Shown here piece after piece: positions 45,414-54,836 of a DNA stretch of 57,034 nucleotides. Source of the stretch: Planctomycetota bacterium (GTDB taxonomy: Bacteria > Planctomycetota > Phycisphaerae > WQYP01); assembly GCA_021790475.1 (NCBI GenBank), contig JAJYDU010000001.1:1-57034 (forward strand), in the 5' to 3' direction. The position numbers and the translations under genes were made by a program. The first letter of the stretch is position 1. Every line of letters starts with the position of its first letter. The notes below the pieces were generated by a model. That model saw only the letters and a program-made list of their open reading frames with translations, was not told the DNA's origin and ran no database searches.

Positions 45414-48400
45414 ATGACTCGACCGCGCCGGAATCGATTCGCCGCCCCGCTTCGTCTGGTCCCTGTTGCTGTGCCGGGCGCGGTATGTCCGCCACGACAA
45501 TTTCGTTTTGCGTCCGCTCTCTTGATTGCGGGCTTGGCGGCATTGGTTTATACCGCCGGCCCGCCGGGTTCCGCCGCGGTTGTTGTTCATCGGAAAGCGG
45601 AGCGAACTGTGCCGCCGGCCACGCTTCCATCCGTGGGCCACGGCGGATCAACTGCTTTTTCCCGTGTACAGGTTAACGACTCCTTCGGCGCGCGCGATAT
45701 GCTGGGTGCCGCCCGGCATCTCCTGGACTATGGCCGTCCGTTTCCGGCGTTACGCTTGTACCAGAAAATTGTCCGAAAATACGGCCGCAAAGTCATCCGG
45801 GTTGGCGCCGGCTACTACCGGTCGGTGCGGAGTTATGTCTGGAACCTGCTGCTGAAGATGCCACCGGTCCGGCATGGCGTTTACGATCAGCTTTATGGGC
45901 TGCAGGCACAAAACGCCGTGCGAAGCGCGGAGAAAACCGGGCAGCTTCGCCCTTTGCGCACGGTGTGCGGACGTTACTTTCCCTCCACCGCGGCCGCGCG
46001 CGGCCTGCGAACCGCGGCGCGGATGGAATTTGAGCGGGGTTCTTTCGCCGCCGCCGCGCGGACATGGATGCGTCTGTGGAATCATCCCGCCGCGAAAAAA
46101 TGGCGGCCTCTTCTGCTGGATCATGCGGCATTGGCCGCCTGGCTGGCGGGGGAAAAAAGCCTGGCCCGGCGGTTGGAGAAACGGTTGGCCCGGCGATTCC
46201 CGCTGGCCACGGGAAATATCCGTGGTCGAAAAATACCGCTGGTCCGGCATTTGAAACAAGTTCTTGTTCCCGCGCCGTGGGTAAGCACCCGCGCCTCCTC
46301 CCATTTTCGCTGGAAGAGTATTCAGGGAAACTTTTCCCGCAATCTGATTCCGAACACCCGCTCGGTTCCCGGCGCGGTCATGTGGTCCAAACCTCTTGAC
46401 ACACTCCGACCGCCGTCTCCGGCGCCGGGGCCGTCAGGAAACGCCCTGGCGCTGTTTGCACAGGGAATGGCGGCATTCGGGCTGCGAATCAACCCCTATG
46501 GCGGAAAAGTTTCCAACAACATCATGTTTTCGTTTCCAACATGCCGGCGCGGCGCGCTTTTCGTCGATACCGGATATGATGTCGAAGCGTTTAATATCGC
46601 TTCCGGTTATTCTCTCTGGCGGTATCCCGTTCGCCATTCGCGCGCCGCCGCCGCTTCCGCCGCTCTGGCCGCTTTGGTCATGGGGCTGGACTCCTATTCC
46701 TGCAGTCTTTCCGGTAATCGTGTGTATGCCATCACGCACGGCGGTTCCGGGCCGGAGAATCCGATGGGGCCGCCGTATCGTTTCGGCGGTGTTATGCCCC
46801 GCTACGCTCTTGTTTGCCTGCAAGCGCGATCCGGCCGGGTCTGCTGGCGGGTTGCAATTGATAAACTGTTTCCGCAAAGTCCCGGCGTGCTGATCTGGCC
46901 CGCCGGCGCGCCGTTGGTCCGGGGCCGGAGCATTTTTCTACTGATCGTTTCCACCCGCCAGGTTGGCGGGCAGAACCGTCTTTTACTTCTTCGACTCGAT
47001 GCCCGCACCGGTCAAACCGTCTGGCGGCATGATCTTTGTACTCTCAACGCTCCGGGTTACTTCCACGAACCGGTGGATATCGTGCCCGCCATGGCCACGG
47101 GCATGATTTATTTTTCCACCGGGCAGGGCGGCATCCTGGCCGTCCATGCCGGCTCCGGTCGTATCGCGTGGCTGCGGCTGACCCCCGCCGCGCATGCGCC
47201 CTTCAAAACCATGTATTGGGGCGGGTTGCAGCACCGGATCCTGCCATGGAAGGTCAATCCGCCGCTGGTGTACAAGAACCTGCTGATCACGCAGGACTCT
47301 CTTTCCCCGCTCCGCGCGCACATCGACGTATGGGATCGTTGGACGGGACGTTTGCGGGAATCATTCTCGTCCGGCCGTTTGGCTCACGCCTACCTGGTGC
47401 TGGGCGCCATGGGAGGCGATTTGTACACCGTGGGTCAAAAAGTTCAGGCGATGAACCTGCGCTCGGGCCGCGTGCGATGGAGCAGCCATCGTATCGCCGC
47501 GGCGGGACAACTGGCGGCCCGACCGTTTCTTACCCGCAGGTTCGTTTATCTGCCGCTGGACAAGGGGCTGCTGCGCATCGCGACGCGAAACGGCCGCGCG
47601 CGGCCGCTGATTTCCTGGCCGCGCGCCGGTCGGCACGCGCCCGGCGGTCCCGGCAATCTTCTGGTGACGCCGCATCAGCTTGTTGTCGTTAACGACAGCG
47701 CCATCATTGATTACGTCCGCTGGCGCGACGCCCTGGCCTATCTGCAAGCGCAAATCCGTGCGCGACCGGATAAACCGCAGCCCTGTCTTTCCCTGGCCGA
47801 GGCGGCCTTCCGCACCAGTCATTACCGTCTGGCTCAAAATATGATGGGGCGGGCCGCCCGGCTTACCGTCCGCGGCGCCATCGCGGATGCCGCGCTGCGC
47901 AACCGGATATTCAGCGTGTGCCTGCGTTTGGGACGCCGGCTTGAGAATGTTTCCAACACGCTCTCCGTCGGGGCGTTGTTCTATTTTCAGCAGGCCCGCC
48001 TGACGGCCGGAAATCCCATCCAGCAGGCGCGGTGGCGAATCATCGCCGCCCGGTATTACCTTCGCCGCCATGCGCCGGTCCCGGCCTTGAAATTGCTGGA
48101 ACAAATTCTTGTCCGGCGATCCTTCCGCCACGCGCCGTTCACCCATGCCGGCAATACCATGCCGGCCGGAATGGCCGCGGCCCATGACATTGCGCTGGAC
48201 GTGATCGGCCGTTTCGGTCGCAGGACTTACGCCGGGTACGAAACCGCAGCGCGTACCTTGCTGGCGCAAGCGCGGGCCGCCCACAGTTTGCCGCTGCTGG
48301 AACGTGTGGTGCATCGGTATCCCGACAGCGTCGCCGGCCGGCAGGCCGCCGGACGATTGGCCCGGAACCTGGCTCGCCGCGGCCGATGGCGCAAGGAGCT

Positions 48401-50081
48401 GGCGATATTGTTATGGCTGCGTGAACATACCACCGCCCGTGCGGACAAGGCTCGCCTGCTGGTCGCGCTGGTTCACAACATGATGAGCCTGGGCCATTGG
48501 AATCAGGCCCTGGCGCTGGCGCGCCGCGGGGTACATCGGTATCCGGCGCCGCGACCGGCGGGCCGAATGCCGGATTTCCCCGCACTGCTGGCGTCTGTCG
48601 TCAAATCCGCGCCGGCGGGCGCGCTGGCACGCCTGGCCATACTGAATTTCTCTCCCAATAATCATTTAACTCTTGCGCCCCCTGTCGCCGGTTCGCTGCT
48701 CACGCCGGTAGATCCCGATCCGGCTTATCATCGTTACGGAAGATTCCTGGCAAGCCGCGGCCACGGAACGGGGGTGCAACTGACCTGCCGGGGGGCGGAC
48801 GCCGGCGCCGTGCGCTGGACCGTTGCCATTCCCCATGTGGTTCGAGTGGCGTTGCTGGGTTATGAAAACCATGCGATTCTGCTGGCCTCGCCCCGCTCGG
48901 TTTTTGCCCTTTCCACCGCTACGGGCCAAACCATCTGGACCACTCATCTTCACGCGCTCTTCGGACGCCATCCCCCACCGGCAAAATTCCACGCGACGGC
49001 CATCCCTCCCATGTTGGTCAACGGCGGCGTGCGGGTATTCCCGCCGATGCCCGCCGTGATGTTCCAGGGAAATATACCATTTGCGGCCGGAGCGGCCTTT
49101 GTTCAGCAGCGGATTCTGGCGCAGAAACTGGCTTGGCGGCTCCAGCAAAAACTTGGCGCAACGGAATTCCGGCTGGTCAAGCTTTTTCCCGGAGAGTTCA
49201 TCATCGCGGCCGGCGGCAAGGTGATGCTTTACGATGCGGCGACCGGCAAGGCCCGCTGGCGCCGGCCCGTCAACATCGCTTCGCTGGGCACGCTTACGGC
49301 AATTGTCCGCACCGGCGCTTCCTTCGCCCTGGCCCTGAATTCGCCGATTACGGTCTTGGCGCTGCTTGATCGGGCCAACGGGCATCTCTGGAGAATCATG
49401 CGTTTTGGCGCGCGTAACGATTTGTTCTGGCTCGGCCGCGGAGTTACCGGCACAATTTACCTTTCCGGCATAAAGGCTCTCTATGCCTGCCGCCCGTATG
49501 GCGGTTTGACCGGTCCGCTCTGGAGCCGGCGCGACCTGGACGATCCGTCCCCGTTGGCTACGCAATGGTCGCTGGATGGTTTAATCGTTCCGACAGCGCA
49601 TGGAATTATGTGTTTGGATGATTCCACCGGCCGCACCCGCTGGCATCGCCACAGTATTTTCGCCTCCGCCTCGGCGGCGGCGCCGCTTACCATTACCACG
49701 TTTATGAATCAGGATACACTGGTGGCGATGACCCCGACCAGCCTGCTGGCGTATTCCACCCGCCGCGGGCGCATTCGCTGGAAGGCGGAATTTGTCGCGG
49801 CGCAAACTCCACCGCTCCTCCAGGCCCGGCGGGGTGATCCCGATATTGCCATACAGGCCGTCGGACCATGCAACGGAGTCTCCGCCGCGGCGTACCTGTA
49901 TCTGGTGGACCAGGCCGATCGACGGGGCCGGCTTGATAACGGATCGCTGGTTCTGGCGCAGCGGTTGATCCGTTCGCACCATGAATCCAACGGACCGCAT
50001 ATCGCGCATTGGCTGCTGGTCAATCACGGCGTCGTTTTTGAAGTTGGCGGAAATATCTTCCGTTGCCATCTGTCTGATTAG
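45414..50081 (+). CDS. giant PQQ-like (BamB-type) beta-propeller repeat protein with central TPR-like helical region
   Basis: About 1556 aa from ATG 45414. N-terminal TM/signal anchor. At least nine recurring blade motifs of the form xxAxDxxTGxxxW (e.g. CLQARSGRVCW, LDARTGQTVW, LSTATGQTIW, YDAATGKARW, LDDSTGRTRW). Ala/Leu/Arg-rich helical block in the middle. Confidence 0.75.
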   Translation: MTRPRRNRFAAPLRLVPVAVPGAVCPPRQFRFASALLIAGLAALVYTAGPPGSAAVVVHRKAERTVPPATLPSVGHGGSTAFSRVQVNDSFGARDMLGAARHLLDYGRPFPALRLYQKIVRKYGRKVIRVGAGYYRSVRSYVWNLLLKMPPVRHGVYDQLYGLQAQNAVRSAEKTGQLRPLRTVCGRYFPSTAAARGLRTAARMEFERGSFAAAARTWMRLWNHPAAKKWRPLLLDHAALAAWLAGEKSLARRLEKRLARRFPLATGNIRGRKIPLVRHLKQVLVPAPWVSTRASSHFRWKSIQGNFSRNLIPNTRSVPGAVMWSKPLDTLRPPSPAPGPSGNALALFAQGMAAFGLRINPYGGKVSNNIMFSFPTCRRGALFVDTGYDVEAFNIASGYSLWRYPVRHSRAAAASAALAALVMGLDSYSCSLSGNRVYAITHGGSGPENPMGPPYRFGGVMPRYALVCLQARSGRVCWRVAIDKLFPQSPGVLIWPAGAPLVRGRSIFLLIVSTRQVGGQNRLLLLRLDARTGQTVWRHDLCTLNAPGYFHEPVDIVPAMATGMIYFSTGQGGILAVHAGSGRIAWLRLTPAAHAPFKTMYWGGLQHRILPWKVNPPLVYKNLLITQDSLSPLRAHIDVWDRWTGRLRESFSSGRLAHAYLVLGAMGGDLYTVGQKVQAMNLRSGRVRWSSHRIAAAGQLAARPFLTRRFVYLPLDKGLLRIATRNGRARPLISWPRAGRHAPGGPGNLLVTPHQLVVVNDSAIIDYVRWRDALAYLQAQIRARPDKPQPCLSLAEAAFRTSHYRLAQNMMGRAARLTVRGAIADAALRNRIFSVCLRLGRRLENVSNTLSVGALFYFQQARLTAGNPIQQARWRIIAARYYLRRHAPVPALKLLEQILVRRSFRHAPFTHAGNTMPAGMAAAHDIALDVIGRFGRRTYAGYETAARTLLAQARAAHSLPLLERVVHRYPDSVAGRQAAGRLARNLARRGRWRKELAILLWLREHTTARADKARLLVALVHNMMSLGHWNQALALARRGVHRYPAPRPAGRMPDFPALLASVVKSAPAGALARLAILNFSPNNHLTLAPPVAGSLLTPVDPDPAYHRYGRFLASRGHGTGVQLTCRGADAGAVRWTVAIPHVVRVALLGYENHAILLASPRSVFALSTATGQTIWTTHLHALFGRHPPPAKFHATAIPPMLVNGGVRVFPPMPAVMFQGNIPFAAGAAFVQQRILAQKLAWRLQQKLGATEFRLVKLFPGEFIIAAGGKVMLYDAATGKARWRRPVNIASLGTLTAIVRTGASFALALNSPITVLALLDRANGHLWRIMRFGARNDLFWLGRGVTGTIYLSGIKALYACRPYGGLTGPLWSRRDLDDPSPLATQWSLDGLIVPTAHGIMCLDDSTGRTRWHRHSIFASASAAAPLTITTFMNQDTLVAMTPTSLLAYSTRRGRIRWKAEFVAAQTPPLLQARRGDPDIAIQAVGPCNGVSAAAYLYLVDQADRRGRLDNGSLVLAQRLIRSHHESNGPHIAHWLLVNHGVVFEVGGNIFRCHLSD

Positions 50082-50100
50082 CTTTTTGGTAAGGATTTCC

Positions 50101-51189
50101 ATGATCGAACCGATTTTCCCAACCTCTCCGCCGGATTCGGCGGCGTCTTCGTCCGGCGCGCCAGGCGAACCGCGTCATTCGGCCGGGACGGCGTTTCTGC
50201 GGCATCTTCGTTGGCTGGCGGCGATAATTCTCTCCGCAACCGTGTTTATCTGGGTTGGCGCGCATACGGTGGCCTCGCCCAACGTCGATGGAACGGTAGC
50301 CCTGGCGTGGGGACCGGCGGTTTCACTCGCCGCGGAGGCCGCCATGCTCGGCGCGCTGATTCTCACTTTCGTTCTAAGCTCGCTGATTATTTGGCCGGAT
50401 ACACCGCACGCGGGTCTTTTCACAGCCTGCATCGGATTGGCGGCGCTGGCGGTTCGCTGGGGCGGCGTTCACAGGCTGCTTGTGCACCATTACTCCGATA
50501 TGCCCGCGATGTTCCATGCGCTTGCCCTCCAGTGCCTTTATTGGATTATTTTTGTGCTTCTCGGAGAAATCTGCTGCCGCTTTCTTTATCGCCGGCTGGG
50601 GCGTTCGCGGCATTGGCCGGGATTGCTCGGCCTGCCCTGGCCGCCGCCCTGGGAATCGTCCGGCTGGCAAACGCCGGCCTATCCGTCCGCGGCTATCGCG
50701 CTTTGCGGTCTCAAGCCGGCCGCCAATAATCCCATCGTATCGGGACTGCGCCGTCTGGCCGATCATATCGCCGGCTTGCTGCTCACCGGTCTTGCCGCCG
50801 CGCTGGTGCTGGCGATTCTGCTTAAATCGCAGGATCCCGGCCAGGTTCTCTTCGCCTGTTTCATCGCCTTTGCCGCCGGAGGCTTTGTCGCCGGCATGGC
50901 TGTTCCGCTGGCCGCGGACTGGTCCATCTGGCTTGCCGTACCGGCGACCGCGCTGGTTGGTTATTGGATCGCCGCCTCGGGCATGGCGGCATTTCCGGGC
51001 CAGGTTCCCCTGCTGCACGGCTCGCCGGTATACCTGGCGCGGGGATTGCCGGTGTATTATGTCTCCGCCGGTTGGGCTGGAGCCATGACCGGCTTTTATA
51101 CCGCTCTGCGAGTCCATTACCGGCATCGATTCGACCAGTTTTTTCCAATGCCTGAAAAAGACCACTGCGGATGGCGAAACGCGAATTAA
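50101..51189 (+). CDS. polytopic integral membrane protein, function unknown
   Basis: ATG 50101 after AAGGAT. About 9-10 hydrophobic helices. Overlaps the downstream kinase gene by 19 nt. Confidence 0.6.
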   Translation: MIEPIFPTSPPDSAASSSGAPGEPRHSAGTAFLRHLRWLAAIILSATVFIWVGAHTVASPNVDGTVALAWGPAVSLAAEAAMLGALILTFVLSSLIIWPDTPHAGLFTACIGLAALAVRWGGVHRLLVHHYSDMPAMFHALALQCLYWIIFVLLGEICCRFLYRRLGRSRHWPGLLGLPWPPPWESSGWQTPAYPSAAIALCGLKPAANNPIVSGLRRLADHIAGLLLTGLAAALVLAILLKSQDPGQVLFACFIAFAAGGFVAGMAVPLAADWSIWLAVPATALVGYWIAASGMAAFPGQVPLLHGSPVYLARGLPVYYVSAGWAGAMTGFYTALRVHYRHRFDQFFPMPEKDHCGWRNAN

Positions 51190-52928
51190 ACATTTCTCTG
51201 GCGGCCAAATGCCAGCTCCTGTTTGGTTTCGCCGTGCTGGTGATCATCGCCGGCGCTTTGGCTATTCCCTGGCAGCGCATGGAACAACTCGCCGGCCGCC
51301 AGCCGTTTGACGAGGCGCGCGTGGCGGCCGATATGACGCTGCGGGAAATACACGTGACCTATCCGTCTTACCCACGCAGGCCGGCGGTGCGCAACCACGG
51401 CGCGCCCGCCGGATCGGCGCATAAAATTTCACCGCGGCAGAGCCGCAAAGCGCCGCCGCCACGTGCCGGGAAGCGCTGGAATGACGCCGGTTTGCCCGGC
51501 CTGAACTACCCCCCGCCGCGCCTGATTCCCCTGGCTTCTCCCGGCATGGTTCCCTCCGCCGCCGGTCCCATCACCGCCCAGGCGGTGCGGTTGTTTATTA
51601 GTAACGCCGCGCGCCGTCAGTTCGGCCGTCTGGAAAACGCCTTCCAGCGTCGCCCCATTTACCAGTATGCCGCGGCCGTGCGGGCTTCCCAATCGTGTCT
51701 CCGCTGTCATGCTCAATGGAAAAGCTGGTTCCGAGGAGTTGGCGTGCCATCGCCGCCCGCGGCCACTTTGCCCGTTTCTCCCGCCCCCGGTCGGAAAACC
51801 AGCATTACCTCCCTGGCCGCCCCGCACCCCCTGGTGGCTGTCATCCGTGTCGCCATGCCCGTGCACGTAAATGCCAACCAGTTCCTCCTGAATCGAATCG
51901 TTATCGTGCTGGCCGGGCTTATTGGCGGCGCGCTGGCCATCATTGTGTTCTACCTGATCACCACGCGATTGATTCTTCAGCCGGTGCGGGTACTGCGTAA
52001 CACCGCTGAAAAGGTCGCCCAGGGCGATCTGACAATTCGCTCGGCGATATTCACCGGCGACGAATTCCAGCAACTATCCGAAACCTTCAATGCCATGCTC
52101 GGTACCCTCCAGGCGTCGCAGAATCAGTTGGAGGCCACCAATCGCAGTCTCGATACGCGCCTCGACGAGTTAGCCCAGCGCAACGTCGATCTTTTCCAGG
52201 CCAACCGCCTCAAAAGCGAGTTTCTCACGAATGTAAGCCACGAATTGCGCACGCCGCTGAACGTCATCATCGGCTTTACCGAGTTGCTCGGGAGCGACAA
52301 ACAAGTCACCGGCGACCCGCGCATGGCCCGTTACCTGGAGAACATTCAACACAGCGCCCGGCAATTGCTTGAATTAATCAACGATCTGCTCGATTTAGCA
52401 AAAATTGAGGCGGGCAAGCTCGTTTTACGGATGGAACGCGTCAACGTTCCCGATATCTGTGAATCGCTGATCAATTTTATGAAGCCTTTGGCCCAGAAAA
52501 AAAATATCGAGGCGGCGCTTGCCGTCGAAGGGCAAATTCCGCTGATTCGCACCGACCCGGGCCGGATTCAGCAGATTCTTTACAACTTCCTTTCCAACGC
52601 CATCAAATTCACTCCCCCCGATGGCCGGGTCCGCGTGGTGATCAGCCTGGTGGAACCGTCGTGGATCAAGGTGACAATCCGTGATACCGGTCCCGGCATT
52701 CCCCCGGAACATCAGCGGGATATTTTCGAGAAGTTCCGTCAGCTCGATGCCTCGGTCACCCGCCAGCACAGCGGCACGGGTCTGGGCTTGGCGATCAGCA
52801 AAGAACTCGCCGCCATGCTTGGCGCGAAGATTGAATTGGTCAGTGCGGCCGGCGAAGGCGCCGCCTTCAGCCTGATTATTCCGCTCGCAGCGCCGCCGGC
52901 GGCGGCGCCGGGGCCGGGACCGGCGTAA
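51171..52928 (+). CDS. sensor histidine kinase with periplasmic CXXCH (heme c-type) sensor region and HAMP domain
   Basis: TM1, extracytoplasmic region containing CLRCH (51696-51710), TM2, HAMP, H-box SHELRTPLN, N-box NAIKFT, DTGPGIP, GTGLGLAISK. Confidence 0.85.
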   Translation: MAKRELNISLAAKCQLLFGFAVLVIIAGALAIPWQRMEQLAGRQPFDEARVAADMTLREIHVTYPSYPRRPAVRNHGAPAGSAHKISPRQSRKAPPPRAGKRWNDAGLPGLNYPPPRLIPLASPGMVPSAAGPITAQAVRLFISNAARRQFGRLENAFQRRPIYQYAAAVRASQSCLRCHAQWKSWFRGVGVPSPPAATLPVSPAPGRKTSITSLAAPHPLVAVIRVAMPVHVNANQFLLNRIVIVLAGLIGGALAIIVFYLITTRLILQPVRVLRNTAEKVAQGDLTIRSAIFTGDEFQQLSETFNAMLGTLQASQNQLEATNRSLDTRLDELAQRNVDLFQANRLKSEFLTNVSHELRTPLNVIIGFTELLGSDKQVTGDPRMARYLENIQHSARQLLELINDLLDLAKIEAGKLVLRMERVNVPDICESLINFMKPLAQKKNIEAALAVEGQIPLIRTDPGRIQQILYNFLSNAIKFTPPDGRVRVVISLVEPSWIKVTIRDTGPGIPPEHQRDIFEKFRQLDASVTRQHSGTGLGLAISKELAAMLGAKIELVSAAGEGAAFSLIIPLAAPPAAAPGPGPA

Positions 52929-53326
52929 AAGCCTGTTGGAAAAGTCCGTGCGAGTCCCGACTGCCGGTCCGATGTCTCTCCGGCGAGCCGGCGGGGCTGC
53001 CTGTGGGACCAACTGTAGAACCATATCTGGAAGCAGAGGCTGTGGGACCGGCGTCCCTGCCGGTCAATCATAGGATGGGCGGATTCCCGCATGATGTTGG
53101 GATGCGTCGGCATCATAAGGTGAAGGTATCTGCGGACGAGGACGTCCGCGCACCCGGTTTTTAGTCCCAGGATTGTTCGCGTCGGCATGAGCGGCGCGCC
53201 TTCGCGTTATTTTCCGCCAGCCCGTTATTTAATTTCGGTTGCACTCGCCCCCCCACGCCCGGCTCACATCACAGGATGAACATCTGGATGCCACGGGCAA
53301 TTTCCATTTGCCCGTGCACGGTACGA

Positions 53327-54292
53327 TTATTGTATGGCCAGGTAATTGACAACATAATCGCGCACGCCGTCTTCCAGTTTCGTGAAAGGCTTTTCATATC
53401 CGGCTCGCCGGAGCTTGGCGGTTTGGGCCTGCGTAAAATACTGGTATTTCCCGCGCAAGGTTTCGGGCATGTCGATAAACCTGATATTAGGCTCGCGCCC
53501 CATGGCCAGGAACACCGCCGTTACCAGGTCTTTCCATGTTCGCGCCTCGCCGGCGCCGCAGTTGAACAACCCGTTGGTCTCTCGCCGCGCAAGCAAATGC
53601 AGCGTCACATCCACCGCATCTTTCACGTAGATGAAGTCGCGCTTCTGCTGGCCGTCGGCGTAGTCCGGGCGGTAACTTTTGAACAGTTGAACTTCCCCGG
53701 TCTGCAGAATCTGTCCATACGCCTTGTGAATGACGGAGCGCATGTCTCCCTTGTGGTCCTCATAAGGCCCGTACACGTTGAAAAACTTAAGGCCCGCTAT
53801 TCGCCCCAGCAATCCGGTTCGCAGCGCCCAGAGATCAAACATGTGCTTGGAATACCCGTACATGTTCAACGGCTGGAGCGTCGGCGTGGACGCATCGTCA
53901 TCGTTGTAGCCCCGGGAGCCGTCGCCGTAGGTGGCCGCGCTGGAGGCATACACAAACCGCGCGTCGTTTTGCACGCACCACTCGCACAGGCGCCGCGTAT
54001 AGTGGTAATTGTTCTGCGCCAGATAGTCCGCGTCGCGTTCGGTCGTGGCGCTGCAGGCGCCCATGTGAATAACCGCATCCGCAGCCGGGGCTTTTCCCGA
54101 AAGCACCTGGCTTAGATATGTCTGCGGGTCCAGCAGGTCTTCGTAACCCAAGCCCACCAGATTGCGCCACTTGCCCTCTTTTCCGAGAGAATCCACCAGC
54201 AGTAGATTGTCGACGCCGCGGTGGTTGAGCGCCGCGACGATATTCCGCCCGATGAATCCCGCCGCTCCGGTCACCACGATCAGTTTCGCCAT
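53327..54292 (-). CDS. hldD: ADP-L-glycero-D-manno-heptose 6-epimerase
   Basis: MAKLIVVTGAAGFIGRNIV, YGYSK catalytic motif, 321 aa. Last gene of the heptose operon. Confidence 0.9.
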   Translation of the reverse strand: MAKLIVVTGAAGFIGRNIVAALNHRGVDNLLLVDSLGKEGKWRNLVGLGYEDLLDPQTYLSQVLSGKAPAADAVIHMGACSATTERDADYLAQNNYHYTRRLCEWCVQNDARFVYASSAATYGDGSRGYNDDDASTPTLQPLNMYGYSKHMFDLWALRTGLLGRIAGLKFFNVYGPYEDHKGDMRSVIHKAYGQILQTGEVQLFKSYRPDYADGQQKRDFIYVKDAVDVTLHLLARRETNGLFNCGAGEARTWKDLVTAVFLAMGREPNIRFIDMPETLRGKYQYFTQAQTAKLRRAGYEKPFTKLEDGVRDYVVNYLAIQ

Positions 54293-54298
54293 GGTTAT

Positions 54299-54799
54299 TT
54301 AACCTTTCTTCCCGTAAACTTGTACGATCTTTTCAATGGTATTGGTCGTGGAACGCCCCTCGACCATATCCGCCAGGACCACCTTGCCGCCGTTGGCTTC
54401 CACAATCTCGCGCCCGCTCACGTAGTGCGCCCAATCTTTTCCCTTTACCAGCACCTGCGGGAGAATCCGGGCGATCAGGTCTTTTGGCTCCGGTTCATCA
54501 AAATACACCACAAAATCCACCGCGCGCAGGGAACCGAGTACATACGCCCGATCTTCCTGGTTGTTGATCGGCCGATCATTTCCCTTGTTCCGCTTCACTG
54601 ATGCATCCGTGTTGAGTCCCACCACCAGCGCATCGCCCTGGTTGCGGGCAAACATCAGATAGGTCACGTGACCGCGATGGAGAATATCAAAACAGCCGTT
54701 GGTGAATACCAGTTTTTTGCCGGCCCCAACCAGGCGGTCGCGCTCGGCCCGCATCTGATCGGGCGTTAGTACCCTGGGATTTTCCACCCGCATAAGCAC
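54299..54799 (-). CDS. hldC: D-glycero-beta-D-manno-heptose 1-phosphate adenylyltransferase (RfaE domain II type)
   Basis: 166 aa. Cytidylyltransferase fold with FTNGCFDILHRGHVTYL. Confidence 0.9.
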   Translation of the reverse strand: MLMRVENPRVLTPDQMRAERDRLVGAGKKLVFTNGCFDILHRGHVTYLMFARNQGDALVVGLNTDASVKRNKGNDRPINNQEDRAYVLGSLRAVDFVVYFDEPEPKDLIARILPQVLVKGKDWAHYVSGREIVEANGGKVVLADMVEGRSTTNTIEKIVQVYGKKG

Positions 54800-54836
54800 T
54801 CCTTCATTGTTTTATCCGATCTGCTCGGATTTCCGG

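Noticed and set aside
53292-53316. Hairpin CACGGGCAA-TTTCCAT-TTGCCCGTG, 11 nt past the hldD stop, as an intrinsic terminator
   Set aside because: It is a good 9-bp stem, but no U-tract follows on the minus strand. It may still act as a terminator or stabiliser, but the sequence alone does not support the call.
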